A stretch of 64,000 nt of DNA. Source: Deltaproteobacteria bacterium. Lineage in GTDB: Bacteria > Myxococcota > Kuafuiibacteriia > Kuafuiibacteriales > Kuafuiibacteriaceae. The notes under the pieces were generated by a model. It did no database searches. It saw nothing but the letters and a program-made list of their open reading frames with translations, and was not told the origin of the DNA. Position 1 is the first letter of the stretch. Every line of letters begins with the position of its first letter. The translations under genes and the position numbers were made by a program. Below are positions 40,341 through 49,003 of this stretch, piece by piece. The stretch spans positions 384,001 to 448,000 of the forward strand of contig JAVJQW010000041.1 in assembly GCA_040218735.1 (NCBI GenBank), given 5' to 3'.

Positions 40341-41603
40341 ATGGCACGCACGCACCTCTTCGCTGCGCTGATCGTCGGCGCCTCCGCCTGCGGCGGCTCC
40401 GACGCCCCGATCGGGTCCTCCCAGTCGATTCGTTTCGAGATCTTCAAGGGCGGGCAGAACGTCGACTGCGCGAGCGTCCCGGAGATCACGCGTGTCGATG
40501 GCCTCCTGCTGCGGAGCAACGGCACCCAACAGGCCTCGGGCGAGGCGGACTGCGCGACGGGCACCTTCGAGCTGAACGAGGTGCCCGACGGGAGCTACAC
40601 CGTGGTCCTCAACGCGAAGGGCGAGCTGGGCGCCGACGCGGCCGGCATCCTGTTCTCCGCGCGCTCGGACGTGACGCTCCCCGGCGACGGCACCGCGATC
40701 TCGCTGCGTCCCGAGGTCGCCTACCTCGATCTGGAGTGGAACTTCGGGGACCTCGAGCTCGCCCCCTGCGCCGACCAGGTCGCGTTCGTCGCGGTGACGG
40801 TCGGGACGGGCAACACCACCACCGAGAGCTTCACGGCCGAGTACGACTGTACGGCGACCCCGATCGCGGTCCCCACGCCGTTCGAGCTGACCGAGCACTT
40901 CATCAAGGTCGAAGCGTACAACCACAGCGGATTCATCGACTTCTCCACCGAGGCCCGGCGCGTCTTCGACCGGGGCGACAACGCCTACACCGCGATGCTC
41001 CAGCCCATCGGCGGGACGCTCCTCCTCGATTGGCGCTTCGCCGCCGGCCCGGACATCGCGCAGGCCTGTGACGCCGCGTTCGTGCAGGTCGACGACCTCG
41101 TCGCGACGGTGCGCGCCCTGGACGGTAACGAGGTGACCTCGGAGGTCGTGGACTGCACCGCCGCTCGCCCGTACGTCTACCGCGGCCGCCGGTACGCCCC
41201 GGGCCGCGAGCTGGAGCTGTCGCTGGAGGCGGACGGCGCCCACCGGTTCATCGCCACGATGCCGTTCACGATGCCCCAGGGCGACTACGCACCCGGCGCG
41301 CTGACCCTGGAGGCGGTCGGGACGGCCACGATCACGGTGGAGGTCGCCACCTCGACCTGCACCTCCGCGGACACCCAGCGCTTCGACGTCACCGTCTTCG
41401 AGGTCCCCCCCCGGTCCGGCGAGGTCATGGTCTTCGAAGGGGAGATCCCGGCGGCCGAGACGATGGCCAGCCTCCCCCTGCTGACGTACGGCGAATACAG
41501 AGTCGAGGTGGTCCAGCAGGGGTCGGCGGGGCCCATCTGTACGCTGGACGAGCCGCGCACGATCGACGAAAAAGAGAACACGTGGGCGCCCTTCGTGTTC
41601 TGA
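40341..41603 (+). CDS. Hypothetical multi-domain beta-sandwich lipoprotein
   Basis: ASAC lipobox; repeated modules (L.W.F...C...V..C) with paired Cys. Confidence 0.75.
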   Translation: MARTHLFAALIVGASACGGSDAPIGSSQSIRFEIFKGGQNVDCASVPEITRVDGLLLRSNGTQQASGEADCATGTFELNEVPDGSYTVVLNAKGELGADAAGILFSARSDVTLPGDGTAISLRPEVAYLDLEWNFGDLELAPCADQVAFVAVTVGTGNTTTESFTAEYDCTATPIAVPTPFELTEHFIKVEAYNHSGFIDFSTEARRVFDRGDNAYTAMLQPIGGTLLLDWRFAAGPDIAQACDAAFVQVDDLVATVRALDGNEVTSEVVDCTAARPYVYRGRRYAPGRELELSLEADGAHRFIATMPFTMPQGDYAPGALTLEAVGTATITVEVATSTCTSADTQRFDVTVFEVPPRSGEVMVFEGEIPAAETMASLPLLTYGEYRVEVVQQGSAGPICTLDEPRTIDEKENTWAPFVF

Positions 41604-44600
41604 ACCAGTCACCTTCCTTGCGGCACGCGGGATTCTTCGTCCTCGGTCTCACCCTGGCCGGGTGCGCCGGGGACCCTGCGCCCTCGAACCCCAACCGCGA
41701 CGGCGGCGGACGCGTGACCCCCGACTCGGGGTTCTTCGACCGCGACGCCGGTCACAACTTCCTCGACTCGGGCGTCCCGCGCGACGGCGGCGACGACGGT
41801 ACGCGCGACGGCGGTGACACGACGCGCGACGGCGGCGACAACGGAATGCGCGACGGCGGTGACGCGACGCGCGACGGCGGTGACAACGGCATGCGCGACG
41901 GCGGCGATGCGCCGCGCGACGGCGGTGACACAGGCATGCGCGACGGTGGCCCGGCACCGCGCGACGGCGGTCCGGCGCCGCGCGACGGCGGCGTCCCGCT
42001 CACCGACGGCGACAACGACTTCATCCTCGACGTCGACGAGGGCAACGGCCTGATCGACACCGACAACGACGGCACCCCGGACACGATGGATCCGGACAGC
42101 GACAACGACGGCATCCCGGACAGCGTCGAAGCCGGCGACATGATCCTCACCACCGCGCCGATCGACACGGACGGCGACGGCACGCCGGACTTCCAAGACA
42201 CCGACGCGGACAACGATCAGATCCCGGACCTCACCGAGGGGACCGGCGACCCGGACGGTGACGGCATCCCGAACTACCTCGACCCCGACAGCGACAACGA
42301 CGGCATCTCGGACGCCGTCGAGGGCGCGGGGGATCCGGACAACGACGGCACGCCGAACTTCCTCGACGACGACGCGGACGGCGACGGCATCCCGGACACG
42401 ATCGAGGGGCAGATCCCCACGGACGCCGACTTCGACGGCACGCCGAACTTCCTCGACCTCGACTCGGATGGCGACACGATCCCCGACTCGATCGAGGGCG
42501 TCGTCGACACCGACAACGACGGCACCTTCGACGCCTACGACATCGACTCGGACGGTGACCTCGTGCTCGACCTCGCCGAGGCCGGGACGCCGGCGCCGGT
42601 CGACACGGACAACGACGGTGTCTTCGACTTCCGCGACCTCGATTCGGACGGCGACACCATCCTCGACACCCACGAGGGCCCGACGAGCGACGTCGACCAG
42701 GACGGGATGCCGGACCGCGTCGACCTCGACTCCGACAACGACGGGTGGACAGACGCGCAGGAAGCCGGCGACACGGACCTCGCGACGCTCCCGATCGACA
42801 CGGACGGCGACGGCCTGCAGGACTTCCGCGACCTCGACTCGGACGGCGACAGCCTCGGCGACATGGTGGAGCCGGGGTGCCCGATGGGATCGGAGCGGTT
42901 GCTCGCCGACACCGACGCGGACACGTTCGTGGATCCGGCCGAGGTCGCGTACGGGAGCAACCCGTGTGACGCGACGAGTGTGATCGACGACTTCTACTTC
43001 GTCCTCCCGCCGGGCGGGCCGGGCGACGACGCGCCGCTGGTGTTCAACAACACGCAGATCGACCGTGCGGACCTCGCGATCACGATGGACACCACCGGGT
43101 CGATGGCCGGGGAGATCGCGAACCTCCAGGCGTCGCTGTCGAACACGATCATCCCGGGCGTGAACGGCGTGATCCCGGACGCCGCGTTCGGTGTCGCTTC
43201 GTTCGAAGACTTCCCGATCGCGCCGTTCGGCGACGCGCCTTCGGGTGACATCCCGTTCCGACTCGGCACGCGCGTGACGACCAACGCGGCGACGTCGCAG
43301 GCGGCGGTCAACGGGCTCACCACCCGCAGCGGCGTCGACTTCCCCGAGTCGGGGATGGAGGCGCTGTACCAGGTCGCCACCGGCGCAGGGACTTCGTGGA
43401 CGGGCGGCTCGGTGCCGGCGTTCAACCCCGCGCAGAACAACGTACCGAACGTGGCGGACGGCACGATCGGCGGCGTCGGCTTCCGGCAGGATTCGCTCCC
43501 GATCGTGGTGCACGTGACGGACGCGATCAGCCACACGGAGCGCGACTACGCGGCGTCGGCTTCGACGATCAACGCGGCGACCACGACGCAGGTCCAGACG
43601 GCGCTGTCGTCGATCGGCGCGCGTATCGTGACGATCTCCAGCGGGCTGCGGCCGTTCAACGATCTGCTGTGCACCGGGAGCATTTCGTCGTTCTTCGGCG
43701 ACGTCGCGCCGGGCACCGACGTCGACTTCTTCGAGCTGCAGGGCGCGGTCGCCGGCGACACCGTCGACGTCGAAGTGCTCGCGAACGGATTCCTCTCCAC
43801 GCTCGACCCGCTCGTCGCGGTGACGAACGCGACGGCCCTCATCGCGACGAACGACGACGCCGCGGCGAACACGACCGACGCGGCGCTCGCGGGCGTGACG
43901 CTCACCGGCGCCGGGCCGTACTACGTGGCGATCACGTCGACCGGGGACACGAACTTCGACGGCGTCGGCGGGACCACGGCGGGGCACTACGTCGCGAACG
44001 TCGCGCTCAACTCCGCGTCGTTCATGGCGTCGCCGACCGAGTGCCGCGCGGACGACGGCGACGCGCGCATGACCGCGACGGTGTTGGTGCCGGTCGCGTC
44101 GGCGGTGCCGCCGGTGAATGTGGCGCAGTGCCTCGCGAACTGCGACGCGACGCTCGGCGCGGTGTCGCCGCTCTTCGCGGAGTTCACGTTCCCCTACGAG
44201 ATGTCCGAGGACACCGGCGCGGTGATCCCGCCCTGCTCGTGGAGTGAGTTCGGGACGGCGCGCCCCACGGGCTGCGCGGCGAACGAGTGTTGCACCGGCG
44301 AGGCCGGCGCGGGGGTGCCGCCGAACGCGGCGGGGCAGTGCCCGCTCGCGTTCGAGATCGATCCGACGGGCGCCGGCATCGACACCGCGATGATCTCCGG
44401 CATCCAGGCGCTCGTGCAGTTCTCGCCGTTCACGATCACCACGCAGGTCCGCGAGGATCCGGTGGAGCTCGCGAACAGCGGCATCGACACGCGGTGTTTC
44501 ATCCAGAGCGTGGTGCCCGTCTCGGCGACGCCGCCGAACGCGTGTGTCCCGCAGCCCACGATCGCCGACCTTTTCCCGCCGGCCGGACAGCCGGACGCGT

Positions 44601-44803
44601 GGGAGAACGTCGTGCCGGGCACGGTGTTGGCCTTCCAGGTCAACGCGCTCAACCAGGACGCGACGGGCCCGTGCGCCCCCGCGGCGGCGGCGCCCCAGCA
44701 GTTCTCGGCGTTCATCGATGTGGTCGCGGACGGCGTGACGGTGGTCGACACCCGCGACGTCATCATCATCGTCCCGGCCGCCCCGCCGGGCGGACAGAAC
44801 TGA
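41582..44803 (+). CDS. Large Ca-binding adhesin-like lipoprotein: RDGG linker, thrombospondin-3-like repeats, vWA domain with PPC-like insert (CglD-like architecture)
   Basis: LAGC lipobox; many DTDxDGxPDxxDxDSDNDGIPD repeats; MIDAS MDTTGSM; FPESGMEAL; VHVTDA; DVDFF...TLDP...NDD...YYVAI insert. Confidence 0.82.
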   Translation: MGALRVLNQSPSLRHAGFFVLGLTLAGCAGDPAPSNPNRDGGGRVTPDSGFFDRDAGHNFLDSGVPRDGGDDGTRDGGDTTRDGGDNGMRDGGDATRDGGDNGMRDGGDAPRDGGDTGMRDGGPAPRDGGPAPRDGGVPLTDGDNDFILDVDEGNGLIDTDNDGTPDTMDPDSDNDGIPDSVEAGDMILTTAPIDTDGDGTPDFQDTDADNDQIPDLTEGTGDPDGDGIPNYLDPDSDNDGISDAVEGAGDPDNDGTPNFLDDDADGDGIPDTIEGQIPTDADFDGTPNFLDLDSDGDTIPDSIEGVVDTDNDGTFDAYDIDSDGDLVLDLAEAGTPAPVDTDNDGVFDFRDLDSDGDTILDTHEGPTSDVDQDGMPDRVDLDSDNDGWTDAQEAGDTDLATLPIDTDGDGLQDFRDLDSDGDSLGDMVEPGCPMGSERLLADTDADTFVDPAEVAYGSNPCDATSVIDDFYFVLPPGGPGDDAPLVFNNTQIDRADLAITMDTTGSMAGEIANLQASLSNTIIPGVNGVIPDAAFGVASFEDFPIAPFGDAPSGDIPFRLGTRVTTNAATSQAAVNGLTTRSGVDFPESGMEALYQVATGAGTSWTGGSVPAFNPAQNNVPNVADGTIGGVGFRQDSLPIVVHVTDAISHTERDYAASASTINAATTTQVQTALSSIGARIVTISSGLRPFNDLLCTGSISSFFGDVAPGTDVDFFELQGAVAGDTVDVEVLANGFLSTLDPLVAVTNATALIATNDDAAANTTDAALAGVTLTGAGPYYVAITSTGDTNFDGVGGTTAGHYVANVALNSASFMASPTECRADDGDARMTATVLVPVASAVPPVNVAQCLANCDATLGAVSPLFAEFTFPYEMSEDTGAVIPPCSWSEFGTARPTGCAANECCTGEAGAGVPPNAAGQCPLAFEIDPTGAGIDTAMISGIQALVQFSPFTITTQVREDPVELANSGIDTRCFIQSVVPVSATPPNACVPQPTIADLFPPAGQPDAWENVVPGTVLAFQVNALNQDATGPCAPAAAAPQQFSAFIDVVADGVTVVDTRDVIIIVPAAPPGGQN
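41780..41992 (+). repeat. Intragenic tandem repeat: ten RDGG units of 21/24 nt
   Basis: cgcgacggcggc/ggt units; PRDGGDDGTRDGGDTTRDGGDNGMRDGG... Confidence 0.85.
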
Positions 44804-45020
44804 GTTGAAGGTCCTCGACGCCTCTCGCGCGAAGCGGGTCGACGGCGTCGCCGACGGCGAGGTCGGCGTGGCTTCGACGACGCTGGTGGAGCCCGACGCG
44901 CCCGTCGTGACGAGCGGGTTCGAGAACCCGTCGTCTGCGGCGAACGCGACCGTCGCGCGGCTCGCACCGCAGCACACCTACGCGGAGCGGCTGCGCGGCA
45001 AGACGTTCACCTGGCTCGCG

Positions 45021-45659
45021 ATGACGGGCGGGCGCGCCGTGGCGATCGCGGCGGCGCTGTGGGCGACCGGCTGCGCGACGACGTCGACGGCACCCAAACG
45101 ACGTGCGCCACCACCGCCGCCGAACGAGCGCATGAGTCAGCTCGCCCACGACGATTGGCTGGGCAACGGCGAGCGGCGCACGATCGCGCAGGCCGGGTGT
45201 TTCATGACGTCGCTCGCGATGGCGTCGGAGGCGATGACGGATCACGACTGGGATCCGGTGCGCGCGAACGACGCGATCAAGAAGGCGGGTGGGTTCTCGG
45301 GCCCGGCGCTCGAGCTGGACGAAGCGACGCGCGCGCTCGGACTGAAGGTGACCTGGCGCGGTCGTCTCACCGCCTCGTCGACGACGGCGCGGCACGCCGC
45401 GTTGTCGCAGCACCTCGGCGCGAACCGCGTCGCGGTGGCGGCGGTCGACTTCCGCGACGGTGCATCGAGCGGGGAGTCCGAAGGCGACCACTTCATCATG
45501 GTCTATGCGCAGCGAGGTGAGAGCTTCTTCGCCGTCGACCCGCTCGGGGGGCGCCTCGTCGAGCTCACGCGGGGCGACGACGGCTTCCTCGCCTACGGTG
45601 ACGATCCGCGATACCGAGTCTGCGAGATCTGCCTACTCGCGCCGCGCTTGCAGCAATGA
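45021..45659 (+). CDS. Peptidase C39-like (papain-fold) lipoprotein
   Basis: WATGC lipobox; QAGCFMTSLAM; GDHFIMV; AVDP (Cys-His-Asp). Confidence 0.72.
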   Translation: MTGGRAVAIAAALWATGCATTSTAPKRRAPPPPPNERMSQLAHDDWLGNGERRTIAQAGCFMTSLAMASEAMTDHDWDPVRANDAIKKAGGFSGPALELDEATRALGLKVTWRGRLTASSTTARHAALSQHLGANRVAVAAVDFRDGASSGESEGDHFIMVYAQRGESFFAVDPLGGRLVELTRGDDGFLAYGDDPRYRVCEICLLAPRLQQ

Positions 45660-45765
45660 TCACATTGCGGCGATCTGTGGGATCACACCTTCTGCGCGCG
45701 CGCAACTGAACCTGCACTAGAGATCGTATTCAGTCGGAGCACGATGTCCTAACCTCTCGGTCACG

Positions 45766-47895
45766 GTGACGACGGCGCGCGTGACTCCGGAGGGCTCCTC
45801 GAGCTTCACCGGCGAAGTGTTGGAGCTGCGTTCCAACAGCATCCTACTCAGCACCGATCACGAGCTGGCGTTTCGAACCCGCGCGCGTATCGAAGTGGGA
45901 CCGGCGACCGTCGACGGGGAGGTCGTCTTCGCCGAGGGCCGACGTCTGGCGTTCACGTTCCCGACGACGCCGGAGATCTTCGAGGCCATCGAGGCGCTCG
46001 ACGCGATCGAGAACACCGGCGACCTCCCGGCGAGCGAGCCCGACGTGCTCGCCGCGATCGACGAAGCGCTCGCGTCCTACGTGACGGCCGAGCTGCGCAT
46101 CATCGAGTCGGTGCCGCGCCGACCGCAGCCGCCGAATGTCGAAGGGGGCGCGCTCGATCCGGGCGACCCGCTCGACCAGCTCGTGTGGTGTCTCACGTTG
46201 CTCTCGGAGCGCCCCCTCGTCGCGCAGGTGACGGGTCCGCTGCAGACGCCGGTGAAGTTCAGGCTCCCGGGCGCGATCCTGGAGCTCGACGCGACACCGG
46301 CGGGCGCGGGGTGGGTCGGACTGCGTCCGCGTGACGCCGGTGCGGTGCGCGTCGTGGTGCAGAAGATGAGCGACGTCTTCGACGACGTCGTGGGCGCGGA
46401 GCTCCCGGAGCTCGGCCCCGACGGGCACACCGTCACCTTCAACGCGCGGCAGCTCCAGCAGGAGCAGGAGGACGGCACCCTCACCGTGCGGAGCGCGCCG
46501 CTGGAGATCGGCGAGGTGCGGCGCCTCGAGCTGCGCGCGCCCGGGCAACCGGACACGTCGGTGCAGGGGATCGTCATCGCCGTCGATGACGGCGAGGTCA
46601 CGTTCTCGATCGAGGACTCGACGCCCGAAGCGCCCGCGTCGGAGGCCGCGCCGGTCCACATCGTGGCGTCGAGCTTCGAGCCGGTGCCCTTCGATGGCCC
46701 CCTGGACGCCAAGCGCCTCGTCGCGAGCGGCCCCACGAACTACTTCGACGCGTTGTCGAAGGCGCTCGCGCTGCGCGGGCGGCACGTCCTGAAGATCGAG
46801 GGCGACGGCCGCACGGTGCAGCTGTGGACCGACGACGGACGTGTCGCGTTCACGACGGCCGATCCCGTCGACGAAGGGGATCGGATCGGCGAACGCCTCA
46901 TCGCGGCGCGGCGGGTCACGAAACACGAGGTCGCCGAGGCGCTCGAATCCGCACGCGGCGGGGTGCCGTTGGGCGGTGTGTTGCTCCGCGACGGTCGGGT
47001 CTCGAGCGTCGATCTGAACCGCACGCTGCGCGAGCAGACCATCGCGCGCGTCGGGGTGCCCGCGCAGATGAAGAGGGGCCGCCTCTCGGTCACGCCGTGG
47101 TCGGAGCCCGCGGTGGAGGGCCGCCTCCTCGCCGTGTCGCCGGGCGGCGTCCGGTCGGCGTTGCTCCGGCAGGTGGCCGCGGAGCAGACGACGCACGAGC
47201 TCCGCGATGTCTTCGAAGCGCAGGCGCAAGGTGTGTTGACGGTGCACCTCGAGCGCATCGAGCCCGGCTTCCGACTGAACGACCGCGCGATGCGCGTGGT
47301 GACGAACGCGGCGCGCGACGAGATGACGCTCGACGCCTTCCTGCGCTCGCGCGGCCTGAAACCCGTGGAGTCCGCGACGCTCGCGCTGCTCGGTCACGCG
47401 CTCGGGTTCATCGAGGTGGGGGCCGCCGCGCGCGGCGCCACGACCGAACGCACCGACACCAAGACGCGCGACCTCGAGAAGCGCGTCGAGCGGATGTCGG
47501 GCGCCGACCACTTCGATGTCCTCGAGGTGCACTGGGCGGCGAGCCACCAGGAGATCTTGGCGGCGTACCAGCGGATGACGAAGCAGCTCGAGGGGCGGGG
47601 TGCGTCCTCGCCGCGGGCGGCGACGTTGCGCGCGCAGCTTCTACAGCGGGTGGAGGAGGCGTTCGCGGTCGTGGGGCGAAGGACTTCGCGCGAGCGCTAC
47701 CGCAAGGAGAACTTCAGCGAGGACCAGCGTCGACGCGCGGCCGAGCACCTGATCGAACAGGCCGAGCTCTGCGTCCTCCGCAGCGACGCCGAAAACGCCG
47801 AGCTCGCCCTGGACGCCGCCGCGGAGCTGGCGGCGCTACCGCAGATCCAACGTCTGCGGCACCGCTGCCGAAGCCTCCGCGAAGCGGCGATCTGA
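45766..47895 (+). CDS. PilZ-like + DUF4388-like + degenerate DnaJ-domain protein
   Basis: N-terminal beta-barrel-like repeats; RIGERLI...LGGVLLRDG; DHFDVLEV...EILAAY...EEAFAVV...RERY J-like domain without HPD. Confidence 0.65.
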   Translation: MTTARVTPEGSSSFTGEVLELRSNSILLSTDHELAFRTRARIEVGPATVDGEVVFAEGRRLAFTFPTTPEIFEAIEALDAIENTGDLPASEPDVLAAIDEALASYVTAELRIIESVPRRPQPPNVEGGALDPGDPLDQLVWCLTLLSERPLVAQVTGPLQTPVKFRLPGAILELDATPAGAGWVGLRPRDAGAVRVVVQKMSDVFDDVVGAELPELGPDGHTVTFNARQLQQEQEDGTLTVRSAPLEIGEVRRLELRAPGQPDTSVQGIVIAVDDGEVTFSIEDSTPEAPASEAAPVHIVASSFEPVPFDGPLDAKRLVASGPTNYFDALSKALALRGRHVLKIEGDGRTVQLWTDDGRVAFTTADPVDEGDRIGERLIAARRVTKHEVAEALESARGGVPLGGVLLRDGRVSSVDLNRTLREQTIARVGVPAQMKRGRLSVTPWSEPAVEGRLLAVSPGGVRSALLRQVAAEQTTHELRDVFEAQAQGVLTVHLERIEPGFRLNDRAMRVVTNAARDEMTLDAFLRSRGLKPVESATLALLGHALGFIEVGAAARGATTERTDTKTRDLEKRVERMSGADHFDVLEVHWAASHQEILAAYQRMTKQLEGRGASSPRAATLRAQLLQRVEEAFAVVGRRTSRERYRKENFSEDQRRRAAEHLIEQAELCVLRSDAENAELALDAAAELAALPQIQRLRHRCRSLREAAI

Positions 47896-47899
47896 ACCT

Positions 47900-48904
47900 C
47901 TAGCCGTTGTAGGCGCCGTAGGCGTCGTCCCACTCGTCCTCGGTCCACTCGAGGTCTAGGTCGCCGGTGCAGCTGCCGTTGCCGGCGGCGTCGACGGTGC
48001 ACGTGAGCGAGCCGTCCTTACCGGTGATCGAGAAGCTGCCGCTGTTGTCGTCGGCGGAGATGGTCAGGGTGTAGGAGACCTCTTCGCCGCTCGGGAGCGT
48101 CACGAAGACGACCATGCGGAAGGTGAGCTCCGCGCTGTCGTCGTTGGCGCCGAGCTTCATCTCGAGGCCGCCCTTGTTGTTGAGCTCGTGGCTCTTGCCG
48201 TCGGCTTCGATGAGCGTGGCGATCTCCCACGCCGCGAAGATCTCCATCGAGAAGTCGCCGTTGGTGGTGCCGTTGGTCGGCGCGCGGCCGACGCCTTCGA
48301 GGCGCATCTCGCCGTCCTGGCAGACCTTCTCGCTGTCGCTCTTCACGCAGACGTTCGCGTACACGTAGCTGGCCTCGTACTCGAAGCTGCCCGCGTTGAT
48401 GTCGACCTCGCCCGACATCTCCATCGTGAGGCGCCCGCTGAGCGAGGCGTCACCGCAGCTGTCGAAGTCGATGTCGACCTTCATGTCGAAGCTGTCGCCG
48501 TTCGGGTCGAGCGTCGCGGCCTGCGCGAACGCGTCGTTGAAGCAGCTGTCGAAGTCGTCGTCGGCGGTGCGCAGCTCGCGGATGTTCATCGCGCGGCCGA
48601 AGCGTCGTTCGACGTGCTCGAAGAACGGCTTCATCGCGTCCATCGCGAACATCGGCTGGACCGCGGGGCGCTCCGCGGCGCCGGAGATGGTGAGCGCGCC
48701 GCCGCCGAAGGGGCTGATGGCTCCGACGGAGCCGGCCGAGCCGTTGGCCTGCTGGCGCTGCGCGGCCGCGGTGACGCCGCCCTTGTCGTTGACGGAGCCG
48801 GTCGGGTTGTCGAGCGCGTTCCTGATGCTGGAGATGTCGGGGCCCGAGCCGCAGGCGGCGGCGATCGGGAGGAGCAGGGTGAGGCAGAGTGGGGATGTCT
48901 TCAT
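47900..48904 (-). CDS. Hypothetical lipoprotein, beta-rich and acidic
   Basis: MKTSPLCLTLLLPIAAAC lipobox; strong codon bias. Confidence 0.75.
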   Translation of the reverse strand: MKTSPLCLTLLLPIAAACGSGPDISSIRNALDNPTGSVNDKGGVTAAAQRQQANGSAGSVGAISPFGGGALTISGAAERPAVQPMFAMDAMKPFFEHVERRFGRAMNIRELRTADDDFDSCFNDAFAQAATLDPNGDSFDMKVDIDFDSCGDASLSGRLTMEMSGEVDINAGSFEYEASYVYANVCVKSDSEKVCQDGEMRLEGVGRAPTNGTTNGDFSMEIFAAWEIATLIEADGKSHELNNKGGLEMKLGANDDSAELTFRMVVFVTLPSGEEVSYTLTISADDNSGSFSITGKDGSLTCTVDAAGNGSCTGDLDLEWTEDEWDDAYGAYNG

Positions 48905-48920
48905 CGCCCGACACCGTACG

Positions 48921-48959
48921 CCCCCGGCCCCCCCTCTCTTCAAGGGGGGGCGTGGGGGG
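48921..48959. other. GC-rich hairpin (terminator-like or REP-like) between co-directional genes
   Basis: GCCCCCCCT-ctcttca-AGGGGGGGC stem, extended by ccccc/ggggg; no U-tract. Confidence 0.45.
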
Positions 48960-49003
48960 TGATCGCCGATACGTCGTCTTCAGGCGGAATCAGGAGGCGC
49001 TCC

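Noticed and set aside
41780-42960. Regularly spaced repeats that could suggest a CRISPR array
   Set aside because: In-frame, degenerate at third codon positions, encode RDGG and TSP3-like peptides; no unique spacers and no cas genes
48914-48920. CGTACGG about 10 nt upstream of the ATG at 48904, like the motif-1 -10 element
   Set aside because: No TCGCTCC-like -35 element at the required spacing
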